This document shows positions 1 to 7,965 of a stretch of 64,000 nt of DNA, piece after piece. The translations under genes and the position numbers were made by a program. Position 1 is the first letter of the stretch; the number at the start of each line of letters is the position of its first letter. The notes below the pieces were generated by a model. That model did no database searches. It was not told the DNA's origin and was given only the letters and a program-made list of their open reading frames with translations. The stretch lies in the NCBI GenBank assembly GCA_040901675.1, contig JBBDYJ010000037.1, positions 771 to 64,770 on the forward strand, in the 5' to 3' direction. Source of the stretch: Pirellulales bacterium. Its GTDB lineage: Bacteria > Planctomycetota > Planctomycetia > Pirellulales > JAICIG01.

Positions 1-95
1 ACTACCTGGAGCGCTGCGCCACCGATGCGATCCGCTCCGGCGATGCGGCGGTCTACGACGAGCTGATGGAGGCAATCTACAAATTCGCGAAGTGA
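1..95 (+). CDS. 3' end of an unidentified CDS (partial, runs off the window start)
   Basis: Open frame from the window edge to TGA at 93-95 (...AVYDELMEAIYKFAK*). Too short to assign a family. Confidence 0.3.
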   Translation, partial: YLERCATDAIRSGDAAVYDELMEAIYKFAK

Positions 96-157
96 GGCTC
101 GCGGAAGCGGGTGCGTTGCCCGCGTTTCGACGAACCCGTTTTGATTGGGAGGTTCCG

Positions 158-331
158 ATGAACCGGAAACTGATGGCCGCCATTGTGGCGTTGCCTCTGG
201 CGGTTGCCGGTTTGGCCTACGCCACCGCGGCGAGCCAGACTCATGACCAGACGCAACAGGCAGAGGCTTTTATCTGCCCGGCAACGGGAGAAGAGCTCCC
301 CTGCCCGAATTGCTGCCCGTTGAAGCCGTAG
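158..331 (+). CDS. small secreted Cys-rich protein (57 aa), function unknown
   Basis: GGGAGG Shine-Dalgarno 5 nt before ATG 158. Signal peptide MNRKLMAAIVALPLAVAGLAYA. C-terminal ICPATGEELPCPNCCPLKP. Followed directly by a strong terminator hairpin. The track ORF starts at GTG 92, but the SD supports 158. Confidence 0.55.
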   Translation: MNRKLMAAIVALPLAVAGLAYATAASQTHDQTQQAEAFICPATGEELPCPNCCPLKP

Positions 332-336
332 AAACG

Positions 337-372
337 AAGCCGTACGGGATTTAATCCCGTGCGGCTTTTTCT
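337..372 (+). terminator. rho-independent terminator
   Basis: 13-bp stem (337-349 pairs with 355-367, one G-U), 5-nt loop TTTAA, then a T-run (366-370) just after the stop at 329-331. Confidence 0.6.
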
Positions 373-422
373 TCGTCTACTCGGCACTCCCCCGGAGGGT
401 CTACCTCGTTTTCTTGGGACTT

Positions 423-1232
423 TTATTCGAGCAACGAAAGTCCTTGGCGCCAGCGGCGTTCCAGGTCGGCAATCCCGTCGATTCGATAGGTGGTTCGCAA
501 GGCGGATTCGTATCCGCTCTCCACGGAGGACCTCAAAAAGCGGGCAAACCGATCCGGTGTCCCCTGCTGGACAAGAAAGTCGACCAGCGAAACGCTTTGG
601 CCGTAGAATACGCCTTGCCCAACGGCGGGGTACTCTTGCAGGCCCACTAGCTCGACCAAACGCAACGAGTTGTGGCGGGCGAAGGCGTCGTGGAATGCGG
701 CCAGGTGCTCGTTTTGCTTGGCCGGCGTATCAGCAAGGACCGCCATCCCTTCATCGGCCCAGCGTGGAATCGGTCGATCCACGAACAAATCGGCGAGCAC
801 CAGGTGCGTTAGCTCATGCGGCAAGGCACTGGTCAGCCAGTCGGCACGGTTGGCTCGCACATCAATGCGTCGCGTAACGACGCGCTCATGCTCGATCTCG
901 ACGAGAGAAGAACCGGCTGTCTGCGCGCCGCCGGGGACCGCTCGCAAATACCCTGCATCCGTCCCGTGCAGAATGACCTCACAACGCGGAGTCCAGGCCG
1001 CCTGCTCGCTACCGAGCCATCGCGTGCTCAACTGCCGACGAAGCCTTTCCGCTTCGGCAGCCACCGTGCCAGGAGATGCGCTGGCTGGACAACAGACGCG
1101 GAAGTTGGCCGATTCATGGACCAGCCACCGACCGCTTGAATAGCTCCGACACGGCTTGCCACAGGGACACGCCGCCCAAACAGAACTGGTCCAGGCGGCA
1201 ACGAGCAACGCGACCGAGCATGTCTTCCACAT
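423..1232 (-). CDS. secreted HExxH zinc metallopeptidase-like protein (peptidase MA-like)
   Basis: 269-aa ORF with N-terminal signal peptide (MWKTCSVALLVAAWTSSVWA). Contains HELTH (HExxH) followed by a downstream ADEGMA segment. Confidence 0.7.
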   Translation of the reverse strand: MWKTCSVALLVAAWTSSVWAACPCGKPCRSYSSGRWLVHESANFRVCCPASASPGTVAAEAERLRRQLSTRWLGSEQAAWTPRCEVILHGTDAGYLRAVPGGAQTAGSSLVEIEHERVVTRRIDVRANRADWLTSALPHELTHLVLADLFVDRPIPRWADEGMAVLADTPAKQNEHLAAFHDAFARHNSLRLVELVGLQEYPAVGQGVFYGQSVSLVDFLVQQGTPDRFARFLRSSVESGYESALRTTYRIDGIADLERRWRQGLSLLE

Positions 1233-1480
1233 GCCTGGCCGGCATTAACAAGTATCGTGCCAAGTCGGCGGCACGGACTCGGCTGGAGTGCGCCAAAGGA
1301 TTGCTAATCAAGGGTTTAGGAGTTGTGGGCCAAGTCCACGTTTTTCGCCCGACCAGGACGCCGTGCTCTAGAACCGGGCGAGAACTGCCCGATTCGTGGG
1401 CATGTTGCAAGCAGGCGGAACCCGGTATCATGGGTGTTGCTATTCCCGACTCGGTTCACTTCAATCGGAGGTCGGCCCCA

Positions 1481-2026
1481 ATGCAAAAAAGACTCGTCCT
1501 CGCTTTGGTTGCCGTAGCCCTGCTTTCGCTCGCGGCCTACGCGCAGAAAATTGACTATTCGGCTGGTCGCAAAATGTCGGGCAGCGTCTATCGCCCGCAT
1601 TCGGCATCGGCCTACCAGCGGCAGGCAAGAAGCCATGCGCGCGTGCTGAATCACTATGGTCGCCGGCACGAAGCGGTGCCCCAGGACACCGCCCAGGAAC
1701 ACGCCACGGAAATCCGCCGCAACATGGAAGCCGCAACGAAGGAAGTCGCCAAGCTCGAAAAGGACAAGCAACTCAGGAACAACAAGCAAATCATGGAGCA
1801 GGTGGCGAAGGTGCGGGAGCACCACGCTAAAGCCGCCGAGATGTGCGACATGCTGGATGAAGCGTGCGCCCAGGGTGACGCTGACTCGGCGACACTCTGC
1901 GAATGCTGCTCCGTCATTTACAAGGAGCTTGAAGCCGCGGAGGCCGAACACGACAAGCTGAAACAGATGCTCGGCGTGGAACCACTGGACGAGCCTGGCA
2001 AGGAACCGCCAGCGAAGAAGCTATAG
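1481..2026 (+). CDS. secreted coiled-coil protein, hypothetical
   Basis: GGAGG 9 nt before ATG 1481. Signal peptide MQKRLVLALVAVALLSLAAYA. Lys/Glu-rich helical region and C-terminal Cys cluster (CDMLDEAC...CECC). The 5' part of track ORF 1076.. has no coding character. Confidence 0.6.
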   Translation: MQKRLVLALVAVALLSLAAYAQKIDYSAGRKMSGSVYRPHSASAYQRQARSHARVLNHYGRRHEAVPQDTAQEHATEIRRNMEAATKEVAKLEKDKQLRNNKQIMEQVAKVREHHAKAAEMCDMLDEACAQGDADSATLCECCSVIYKELEAAEAEHDKLKQMLGVEPLDEPGKEPPAKKL

Positions 2027-2101
2027 CGCCCGTGGCTCTTCTTCGCGGGCTTGCTCAGCGTCGCCGAGCCTTCGAGAGGACCGGGCGTGGCATATTGGTC
2101 A

Positions 2102-2557
2102 ATGGATCGAGTGGTTTGGATATACCTTTCCACCGTGTCGGCCGTTGCCTTTGTGCTCAATTGGGCTTGGGAAATGGCGCAGATGCCCGGCTACGCGGAG
2201 ATGGCCGGGCGGCCATGGAGTGAGACGCTTTGGCGCTGCACCATGGCCGCGGGCGGGGATGTTGCCGTCACGCTAGGGGTGTATGGCGTCGGCGCGATGG
2301 CTGCCGGCTGCATGCGGTGGGGGCAACGCGGAAGCTGGAATGCATATGCGGCGGCGGCCGTCATGGGCGCTGTCGCCGCAGCGGCAATTGAATGGCAGGC
2401 GCTCGGGGCCGGCAAGTGGTCTTACAACGATCGCATGCCGATCGTGCCGTTGCTGGACGTCGGCCTCTGGCCTCTGCTCCAGCTCAGCATGCTGATCCCC
2501 ATGGCAATGCTCATGGCGCGCGCTCTGGTGTCGATGAGAGCAAGCGCAAGCCATTGA
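2102..2557 (+). CDS. integral membrane protein, hypothetical
   Basis: Several hydrophobic helices (VVWIYLSTVSAVAFVLNWAW, AVMGAVAAAAI, LWPLLQLSMLIPMAMLMA). Start uncertain (TTG 2051 or ATG 2102). The 3' end overlaps the convergent ATPase gene by 47 nt. Confidence 0.5.
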   Translation: MDRVVWIYLSTVSAVAFVLNWAWEMAQMPGYAEMAGRPWSETLWRCTMAAGGDVAVTLGVYGVGAMAAGCMRWGQRGSWNAYAAAAVMGAVAAAAIEWQALGAGKWSYNDRMPIVPLLDVGLWPLLQLSMLIPMAMLMARALVSMRASASH

Positions 2558-4676
2558 AGATGACCAGCAGCGAGGCCCCCATGTCGGCCGCTATCGCGGC
2601 CCACAGCGACGCCTGGCCCAGGAACGTCAGCGCCACAAAGACGGCCTTCACGGCGAGAGAGGCGAAGATGTTCTGCCGAATCACGGTGAGCGTGCGCTTG
2701 GAATGGTGAACGAGCCAGGCCAGCCGCGAGAGATCGTCGCTCATCAAGGCAATGTCGGCCGTCTCCAGGGCCGCGTCGGTCCCCACGGCCCCCATCACGA
2801 TTCCAAGGCTGGCGCGGGCCATTGCCGGCGCGTCGTTCACGCCGTCGCCCACCATGGCCACGTGCCGGTAACGTCCGACGAGATCCTCGACCGCTCTCAC
2901 CTTGTCTTCGGGGAGCAGTTCCGCGAGCACTTCGTCGACGCCCGCCTGCCGTCCGATCGCTTCGCCGGTGCCTCGATTGTCGCCGGTGAGCATCACGATG
3001 TGCTCGATGCCGGCCTGCCGCAGGTCGGCAACAGCGCGGGCGGCGTTGGCACGAATCCGATCTCCAACGGCGATCAGCCCGCAGACGTGCTCGTCGTTGC
3101 CGACAACGACGACGCTCATACCTGATGCGGCCACTTTCTCCAGCCGCTCGTGCATCTCGGGCGTTTCCTGGCCGCGCTCTTCCAACTGCCGGTGCGAGCC
3201 GATCCATACGGCTTGTCCCTTCCATTGCGCAGTGGCCCCCTTCCCCTTAATCGCCTGAAAACCGTCGGCCGCAGCGGGGCGGATGCCCTGGGCGTCGGCG
3301 CGGCGAACGATCGCCTGGGCCAGCGGGTGCTCCGACCTTAGCTCGATGGCAGCCGCGATTTCAAGCACCTCGCGCTCGTTGTGGCCCGAAAGCGGAATGA
3401 CCTCCTGGACTTCCGGATGACCTTCCGTGAGCGTGCCGGTTTTATCCATCGCGACGGCCGCCAGGCGGGCGGGCAGCTCGACGTACGGCCCGCCCTTGAT
3501 GAGAACTCCGTGCCTCGCGGCCGACGCCAGCGCGGACACAATGCTCACGGGCGTTGAGATCACTAGCGCGCAGGGACACGCGATCACCAGCAGCACGAGA
3601 CCTTGATAGAACCACTGTGACCAAGAGCCGCCGAAAAGCAACGGAGGCAAGGCCATGACGGCGATGGCCAGGAACATGACCGCCGGTGTGTAGTATCGAG
3701 CAAATTTTTCGACCCACTGCTCGCTGGGCGACCGCCTGCTCTGTGCATCGCCGACCATCCTGATGATCCGGGATAGCGTGGTGTCCTCGGCCGGCCGGGT
3801 GGTGACGAACTCGACGGCGCCGTCCTGGTTGATGGTGCCGGCGAAGACCTCGCTGCCGGGCGACTTTGGCACGGGCAGCGACTCGCCCGTAATCGGAGCC
3901 TGGTTGACGGTCGTTTCTCCCTGGACAATCTTGCCGTCCAGGGGGAACTTGTCGCCCGGCTTCACGACAACCATCGCCCCAACGGGCACGGCATGGGCAT
4001 TCAGCAACTCCTCTCGCCCATCGGCACGCAGCACGCGGGCCGTTTCAGGAGTCAACGTCATCAAGGCCGCGATGGCACGTCGAGCGCGCCCCACGCTCCA
4101 AGCCTCCAGTGCCAACGATACGGCAAACAGGAAAGCGACGGTGGCCGCCTCCAAGACTTCGCCGATCAGGACGGCGCCCGCGACGGCGACCATCATCAGC
4201 AGGTTCATGTCCGGCCGCAGCCGGACCAGGGCCCGCCAGGCTTTGGGCGCCACGAACCACGCGCCGGCAATCGTCGCGCCCGCGTACAGCAGTCGCGCCA
4301 AGAGCGGCATCGGCGCCTGGCTGCCGCCGATGGCCGGACCCCACCCCCCGGCCAGGATGTGGAGCAGGAACCCCGCCGCGATGAGGACTCCGCTGCCGGT
4401 CGTGGTCAACGTCCGGCCCCACCTCGCCCAGCCCGCGGCCTGGGCCAGCCCCTGCCTGAAATCCTCCCAAGGCAGGGCCCGCATGCCGGTCCGGGCCACC
4501 GCGGCCGCGATATCTTCGGCCGTGACCGTATTCTCAGCGAAGACAACGGTCATTTTGGCGTTAAGGACATCGAAAGCGAGATCCTCGACGCCAGGCATCG
4601 GGCCAAGCTGCGCCTTGAGCGCGGCGACTTCCTCCGCGCAGTCCAGTCCGCGAATCTTGTAGGTGGCGGTTGCCAT
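2511..4676 (-). CDS. heavy-metal translocating P1B-type ATPase (Zn/Cd/Pb-type, CPC motif)
   Basis: Diagnostic motifs: DKTGTLT phosphorylation site, CPC in the TM6 context (VIACPCALVISTP), SEHPLA, GDGVNDAPA, and an N-terminal HMA-like domain (YKIRGLDCAEEVAALK). I place the start at ATG 4676 (MATATYKIRG). The longer track ORF to 4811 is the alternate frame of the upstream gene's His-rich tail. Confidence 0.95.
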   Translation of the reverse strand: MATATYKIRGLDCAEEVAALKAQLGPMPGVEDLAFDVLNAKMTVVFAENTVTAEDIAAAVARTGMRALPWEDFRQGLAQAAGWARWGRTLTTTGSGVLIAAGFLLHILAGGWGPAIGGSQAPMPLLARLLYAGATIAGAWFVAPKAWRALVRLRPDMNLLMMVAVAGAVLIGEVLEAATVAFLFAVSLALEAWSVGRARRAIAALMTLTPETARVLRADGREELLNAHAVPVGAMVVVKPGDKFPLDGKIVQGETTVNQAPITGESLPVPKSPGSEVFAGTINQDGAVEFVTTRPAEDTTLSRIIRMVGDAQSRRSPSEQWVEKFARYYTPAVMFLAIAVMALPPLLFGGSWSQWFYQGLVLLVIACPCALVISTPVSIVSALASAARHGVLIKGGPYVELPARLAAVAMDKTGTLTEGHPEVQEVIPLSGHNEREVLEIAAAIELRSEHPLAQAIVRRADAQGIRPAAADGFQAIKGKGATAQWKGQAVWIGSHRQLEERGQETPEMHERLEKVAASGMSVVVVGNDEHVCGLIAVGDRIRANAARAVADLRQAGIEHIVMLTGDNRGTGEAIGRQAGVDEVLAELLPEDKVRAVEDLVGRYRHVAMVGDGVNDAPAMARASLGIVMGAVGTDAALETADIALMSDDLSRLAWLVHHSKRTLTVIRQNIFASLAVKAVFVALTFLGQASLWAAIAADMGASLLVIFNGLRLLSSTPERAP

Positions 4677-4719
4677 GGTCAGCGTTGGGCTGCACCCCCG
4701 CAATTGGCTGAACGCCGAT

Positions 4720-5328
4720 CTAGTGATCGTCCTCGTGGTCATCATGGTCGTCGCCATGCTCATGGTCATGCTCGTCGCCATGGTCATGGTCATGCTCGTC
4801 GCCGTGATCATGATCGTGATCGTGCTCGTTTGAGGCCGTGTACGGCTTGCCCTCGATCGTGACCACGAGCCGCGGGTCGGCGCCTTCGCGATCCAGATCC
4901 TCGCCCAGCTCTTGGTCCTCGCTTACAAAGCGGGACGACCGGCCCGGAGGATCATCGGCATCGGGAGAAGCAGTGAGCTTGAACTGCTCCGGTTTGCCGC
5001 CGTGCTTGAGGTTAATCGTCAGCTCCGGGGCCTCAATGGGAACCAGCTTTTCAGCCGCCGCGTCCAGCAGGTAGACGGTCACCGTTCCCGCCGACTCGTC
5101 ATGAACAATCTCGGCGTGGTACTGTTCGTTACCAAGCTCGACGAGCTGGCCGCCGTGCGGCCCCTGGGAGGGATGTTCATGCTCGCCGGCCGGGGCTTGA
5201 TAGGCTGGGGCCGCGGTCCGAGGCTGCTCTTCGGTCGACGAACGGTTGCAACCGGCCAACGGGAACACTACCAGGGCCGCCGCGGCAAAAACCTTCGCAG
5301 AGTGGATTCTCACGGAAACAAGACGCAT
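4720..5328 (-). CDS. lipoprotein with C-terminal His/Asp-rich metal-binding tail
   Basis: AAGGAG SD 6 nt before ATG 5328. Lipobox (VFPLAGC). The C-terminus is NEHDHDHDHGDEHDHDHGDEHDHEHGDDHDDHEDDH. Lies 43 nt upstream of the ATPase on the same strand. Confidence 0.75.
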   Translation of the reverse strand: MRLVSVRIHSAKVFAAAALVVFPLAGCNRSSTEEQPRTAAPAYQAPAGEHEHPSQGPHGGQLVELGNEQYHAEIVHDESAGTVTVYLLDAAAEKLVPIEAPELTINLKHGGKPEQFKLTASPDADDPPGRSSRFVSEDQELGEDLDREGADPRLVVTIEGKPYTASNEHDHDHDHGDEHDHDHGDEHDHEHGDDHDDHEDDH

Positions 5329-5468
5329 GCTGATCTCCTTTTCAAACAATTTGGTTAACACAACTACGAACAAAACGCCTGGTTCTTCACTTCTTGCGTG
5401 TAGCCGACCATTTTCCAAACGCGGTGCTGCCGTTCAGGCGGCTCGCCGTGGCCGTCGGCCTTTCTGCA

Positions 5469-5912
5469 TTAGTCTCGGACCGCCGGAACTTCAGCCAGGC
5501 CGGCCACCAGCCGCTCGGCATCAAGGCGCCACCATTTGACATCGAAGACATCCAGGCTGTTGGCTTCGCCTTGCTCAAAGGCGGCGGCAAGCCACTCTTC
5601 CATGCGCTTCATGCGGTCCAAGTGCCGTTGGACCGCGGCAACGCGTTCGGGCTGGTCTTTGCTTGCATCCGTTTCGGCTTCCATCAGACGGAGGGACCAA
5701 CGGAAGCTCTGTTCGTCCGCCCGGCCGATTTCGTTCTGCTGGATGAGCTGCTGGACGACTCGGTTCGCCTCGTTGGCTAACTCCAACCGCTCCTTTGCAA
5801 TCCGCGAAGAGCTCTCCGACTTCGTTGCCGCCGTCGGGGCCGCCGCGGCCACGACCGCCACCAGAGCCAGGACAAATGCCGCACATGCCGTTGTCTTGTA
5901 ACCAGTTATCAT
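5469..5912 (-). CDS. secreted or membrane-anchored helical protein, hypothetical
   Basis: GGGAGA SD about 8 nt before ATG 5912. N-terminal hydrophobic anchor (ACAAFVLALVAVVAAAAP), remainder charged and helical. Sits between the RND remnant and the His-rich lipoprotein. Confidence 0.55.
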   Translation of the reverse strand: MITGYKTTACAAFVLALVAVVAAAAPTAATKSESSSRIAKERLELANEANRVVQQLIQQNEIGRADEQSFRWSLRLMEAETDASKDQPERVAAVQRHLDRMKRMEEWLAAAFEQGEANSLDVFDVKWWRLDAERLVAGLAEVPAVRD

Positions 5913-5946
5913 GAGTGGGTCTCCCGCTTGAGTGGGCCACGCCCCT

Positions 5947-6465
5947 TTAAGGTCGTAATACGGCCTGTTGTTCGGCCGCTTCCTTCAACGCATGTCCATT
6001 TTCGTCAGCGGTTGGCCCGGCTGCCGTTGCAACCGGCCGGCGGTCGCCAAGATCGTCCTGCTCGCCCGCAACCATCTGGTGCTCGGCATCCTTGCGGCCA
6101 AACAGCCAGAACAAGGCCGGATGAACCAGGAAGTCGAGCAAGGTGGAACTAATGATCCCGCCCACGATTACGGTGGCGACCGGGTAGAGGATCTCCTTGC
6201 CTGGTTCGCCGGCGGCAAAAGCCACGACGCCCTCGACGTGTTTCAGCCGCTCGTCGACCATCCCGGCGATGCGGTTCGAAGTGGCCAGCGACGTGCCGGG
6301 CGGCAGGAACACGTTGACCTGGACGGTGCCTTCATTAAAGGGGGGCAGGAAGTCGCGGCCGAGCTGCGTGACCACGACCACGCTCACCACGACGGCGGCG
6401 GCCACGGAGCCCAGGATCGGCCAAGGCCGGCGAACGCTGAAGCGGATCGCGAATCCGGCCAGCCA
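5947..6465 (-). pseudogene. remnant of a CusA/CzcA-family heavy-metal RND efflux pump (N-terminal half lost, large internal deletion)
   Basis: The translation WLAGFAIRFSVRRPWPILGSVAAAVVVSVVVVTQLGRDFLPPFNEGTVQVNVFLPPGTSLATSN matches the mid-protein TM7/periplasmic-entry region of CusA/CzcA pumps. It then jumps to ...GKEILYPVATVIVGGIISSTLLDFLVHPALFWLFG, the C-terminal TM12 signature. About 170 aa remain of a protein that is normally about 1,000 aa. Confidence 0.7.
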
Positions 6466-6621
6466 TTACGAACAGGCCGGGGCGCTGTCCACCACTTGCA
6501 GACCTTGCATGGAACCCCGATGCGCGTGGTGCCAGCAACAGCCCCCCACCAAGTGGGCGACTAAGGCGAGAATCGTCGAAAGCGTGGTCAGTGTAGACAA
6601 CATTTCGGACCAGGGGATCAT
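6466..6621 (-). CDS. possible 51-aa membrane peptide with GGCCWHHAH motif (speculative)
   Basis: Hand translation gives MIPWSEMLSTLTTLSTILALVAHLVGGCCWHHAHRGSMQGLQVVDSAPACS*. Not in the ORF track (too short). It is in the same frame as the RND remnant, separated from it by a single TAA (6466-6468). Confidence 0.25.
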   Translation of the reverse strand: MIPWSEMLSTLTTLSTILALVAHLVGGCCWHHAHRGSMQGLQVVDSAPACS

Positions 6622-6753
6622 CGGGCCAGCCGCATTGAATTATTTGCCTTGTGGGGGATCCCGTCAATATCGCTATCGGCCAAATTCAGCGGGTGTGCCG
6701 CGAGCAAATGGCGGCATATTGGCATTTATCCCATCCGTCGCCCAAGCTGCGCT

Positions 6754-7722
6754 TTACCGCACGATGTCGACCGCACGGCGGATAAACTTGACCTTGGGCT
6801 TGCCGCCCGCGCCGGTCAGGTAGTCGATCGCGTAGCGCTGCGGCTCGCGGGGTTTTTCGGGAAGGCGGATGTTGTCTCCCTTCTGAAGCACCGGACGATA
6901 TTCCGGCATGCCGCCGAAAGCCCGCGTGCCGGCCGCCTGGCAGGGAAACCAGTACCCGTCGCCTTCCTCGTCTTGGAGGTAAAACTCCGGATAACAGTGG
7001 CCGGGGATCCAGACCGTGCGGGCGGGGATACCGCTCGCCCGGCACAAGGCAATGAACAACGAGGTCAGCTCCTCGCAATCGCCCGTCTCGTCCTTGAGCG
7101 CTGCCACGGCTCCCTTCATGGGCCCTTCCTTGTACTCCACGTGCTCGCGGACCCAGTCGTAGATGGCCTCGACGCGTTCCCAGTCCGGCTGCCCTTCGGT
7201 GTCCTTCATGATCTGGCGGGCGAGCGACTTGATCTTGCCGTTCTGGCTCTCGATGTAAGGGCTGGATCCCAGATAGGGCCGCACGTCCTTGGGCAGCTTG
7301 GCCCTGGGCGGGATCTGAAAGATGCCGGCCGCCGGCGGCGGCAGCAGCGAGTGGCGGCTGACCTCGACGGTGATCACCGCGCGGGCCTCCTCCCCCGCCG
7401 GCAGCTCGGGAATGCTCACCACCATCTGCTTGACGTTGCCGCCCACCGTGCGGTAGCTGACGCGGGCAAACGGGGAAATGTCCTCCTCCACGATCCGGAT
7501 CTGCTGTTCCGGCCAGTCCACCGGCACCGTGGTAGTCCCGACAATGCCCCGGCACGCTCCCGAGGCGGCCGTCACGACGATGCCGAACTCCCATCGCTGC
7601 ACCTGTTCCTTATCCGGTTGCGGCCCCTTGGTGCTTTCGGTGCCGGGGAATTGGCCCCAGGCGACAGAGGGCGAGCAGGCAATCCAGGCTGTGATCAACA
7701 ACATCGTTCGCACGCCTGACAC
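6754..7722 (-). CDS. secreted transglutaminase-like cysteine protease-fold protein
   Basis: Signal peptide (MLLITAWIACSPSVAWG). Transglutaminase core GDCEELTSLFIALCRASGIPARTVWIPGHCYPEFY (Cys and His visible). Start ambiguous (GTG 7722, GTG 7713 or ATG 7704). Confidence 0.85.
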   Translation of the reverse strand: MSGVRTMLLITAWIACSPSVAWGQFPGTESTKGPQPDKEQVQRWEFGIVVTAASGACRGIVGTTTVPVDWPEQQIRIVEEDISPFARVSYRTVGGNVKQMVVSIPELPAGEEARAVITVEVSRHSLLPPPAAGIFQIPPRAKLPKDVRPYLGSSPYIESQNGKIKSLARQIMKDTEGQPDWERVEAIYDWVREHVEYKEGPMKGAVAALKDETGDCEELTSLFIALCRASGIPARTVWIPGHCYPEFYLQDEEGDGYWFPCQAAGTRAFGGMPEYRPVLQKGDNIRLPEKPREPQRYAIDYLTGAGGKPKVKFIRRAVDIVR

Positions 7723-7840
7723 TCCTCAAAGGATGACGCGGCCTTGGAAAAGCCCCCGCCTGCGCTCCTTCTATTGTAATTCGCGGTTTCGCCACGTGCG
7801 CCATTGGACGTGCAATTCCGCCGGTCGATGAGGCAACGGT

Positions 7841-7864
7841 CCGAATTCTGGCGAATTCGGCTAC
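7841..7864. repeat. palindromic intergenic repeat, family A (CCGAATTCTGGCGAATTCGGCTAC)
   Basis: Perfect 8-bp arms CCGAATTC/GAATTCGG around loop TGGC. Related copies at 11334-11458, 16103-16129, 30441-30662 and 59902-59927. Confidence 0.8.
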
Positions 7865-7965
7865 CAGCCGTCCAAACCTTGTCAGGCGGCGGCCTTGCGG
7901 GATACCATGAACCGGCCAGCCAGCACGATCCGCCTGACTCACTCCTCGTTTCGCGAGATCAGCCG

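Noticed and set aside
2511-2557. 47-nt overlap of convergent gene ends (membrane protein versus ATPase), and the 20-nt overlap at 24228-24247
   Set aside because: Short convergent 3' overlaps are common in compact high-GC genomes and do not by themselves indicate antisense regulation. No further signal was seen.
4677-4811. N-terminal MITATSMTMTMATSMTM... extension of the P-type ATPase ORF
   Set aside because: It is the alternate reading frame of the (CAT GAC)n-type DNA that encodes the upstream lipoprotein's His/Asp tail. The HMA domain begins right after ATG 4676.
6649-7719. 356-aa plus-strand ORF and the 302-aa minus-strand ORF 6686..7594
   Set aside because: Both overlap the transglutaminase-like gene (6754-7722), which has a signal peptide and catalytic core. 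Both alternatives are Arg/Gly/Ala/Asp-rich artefacts.
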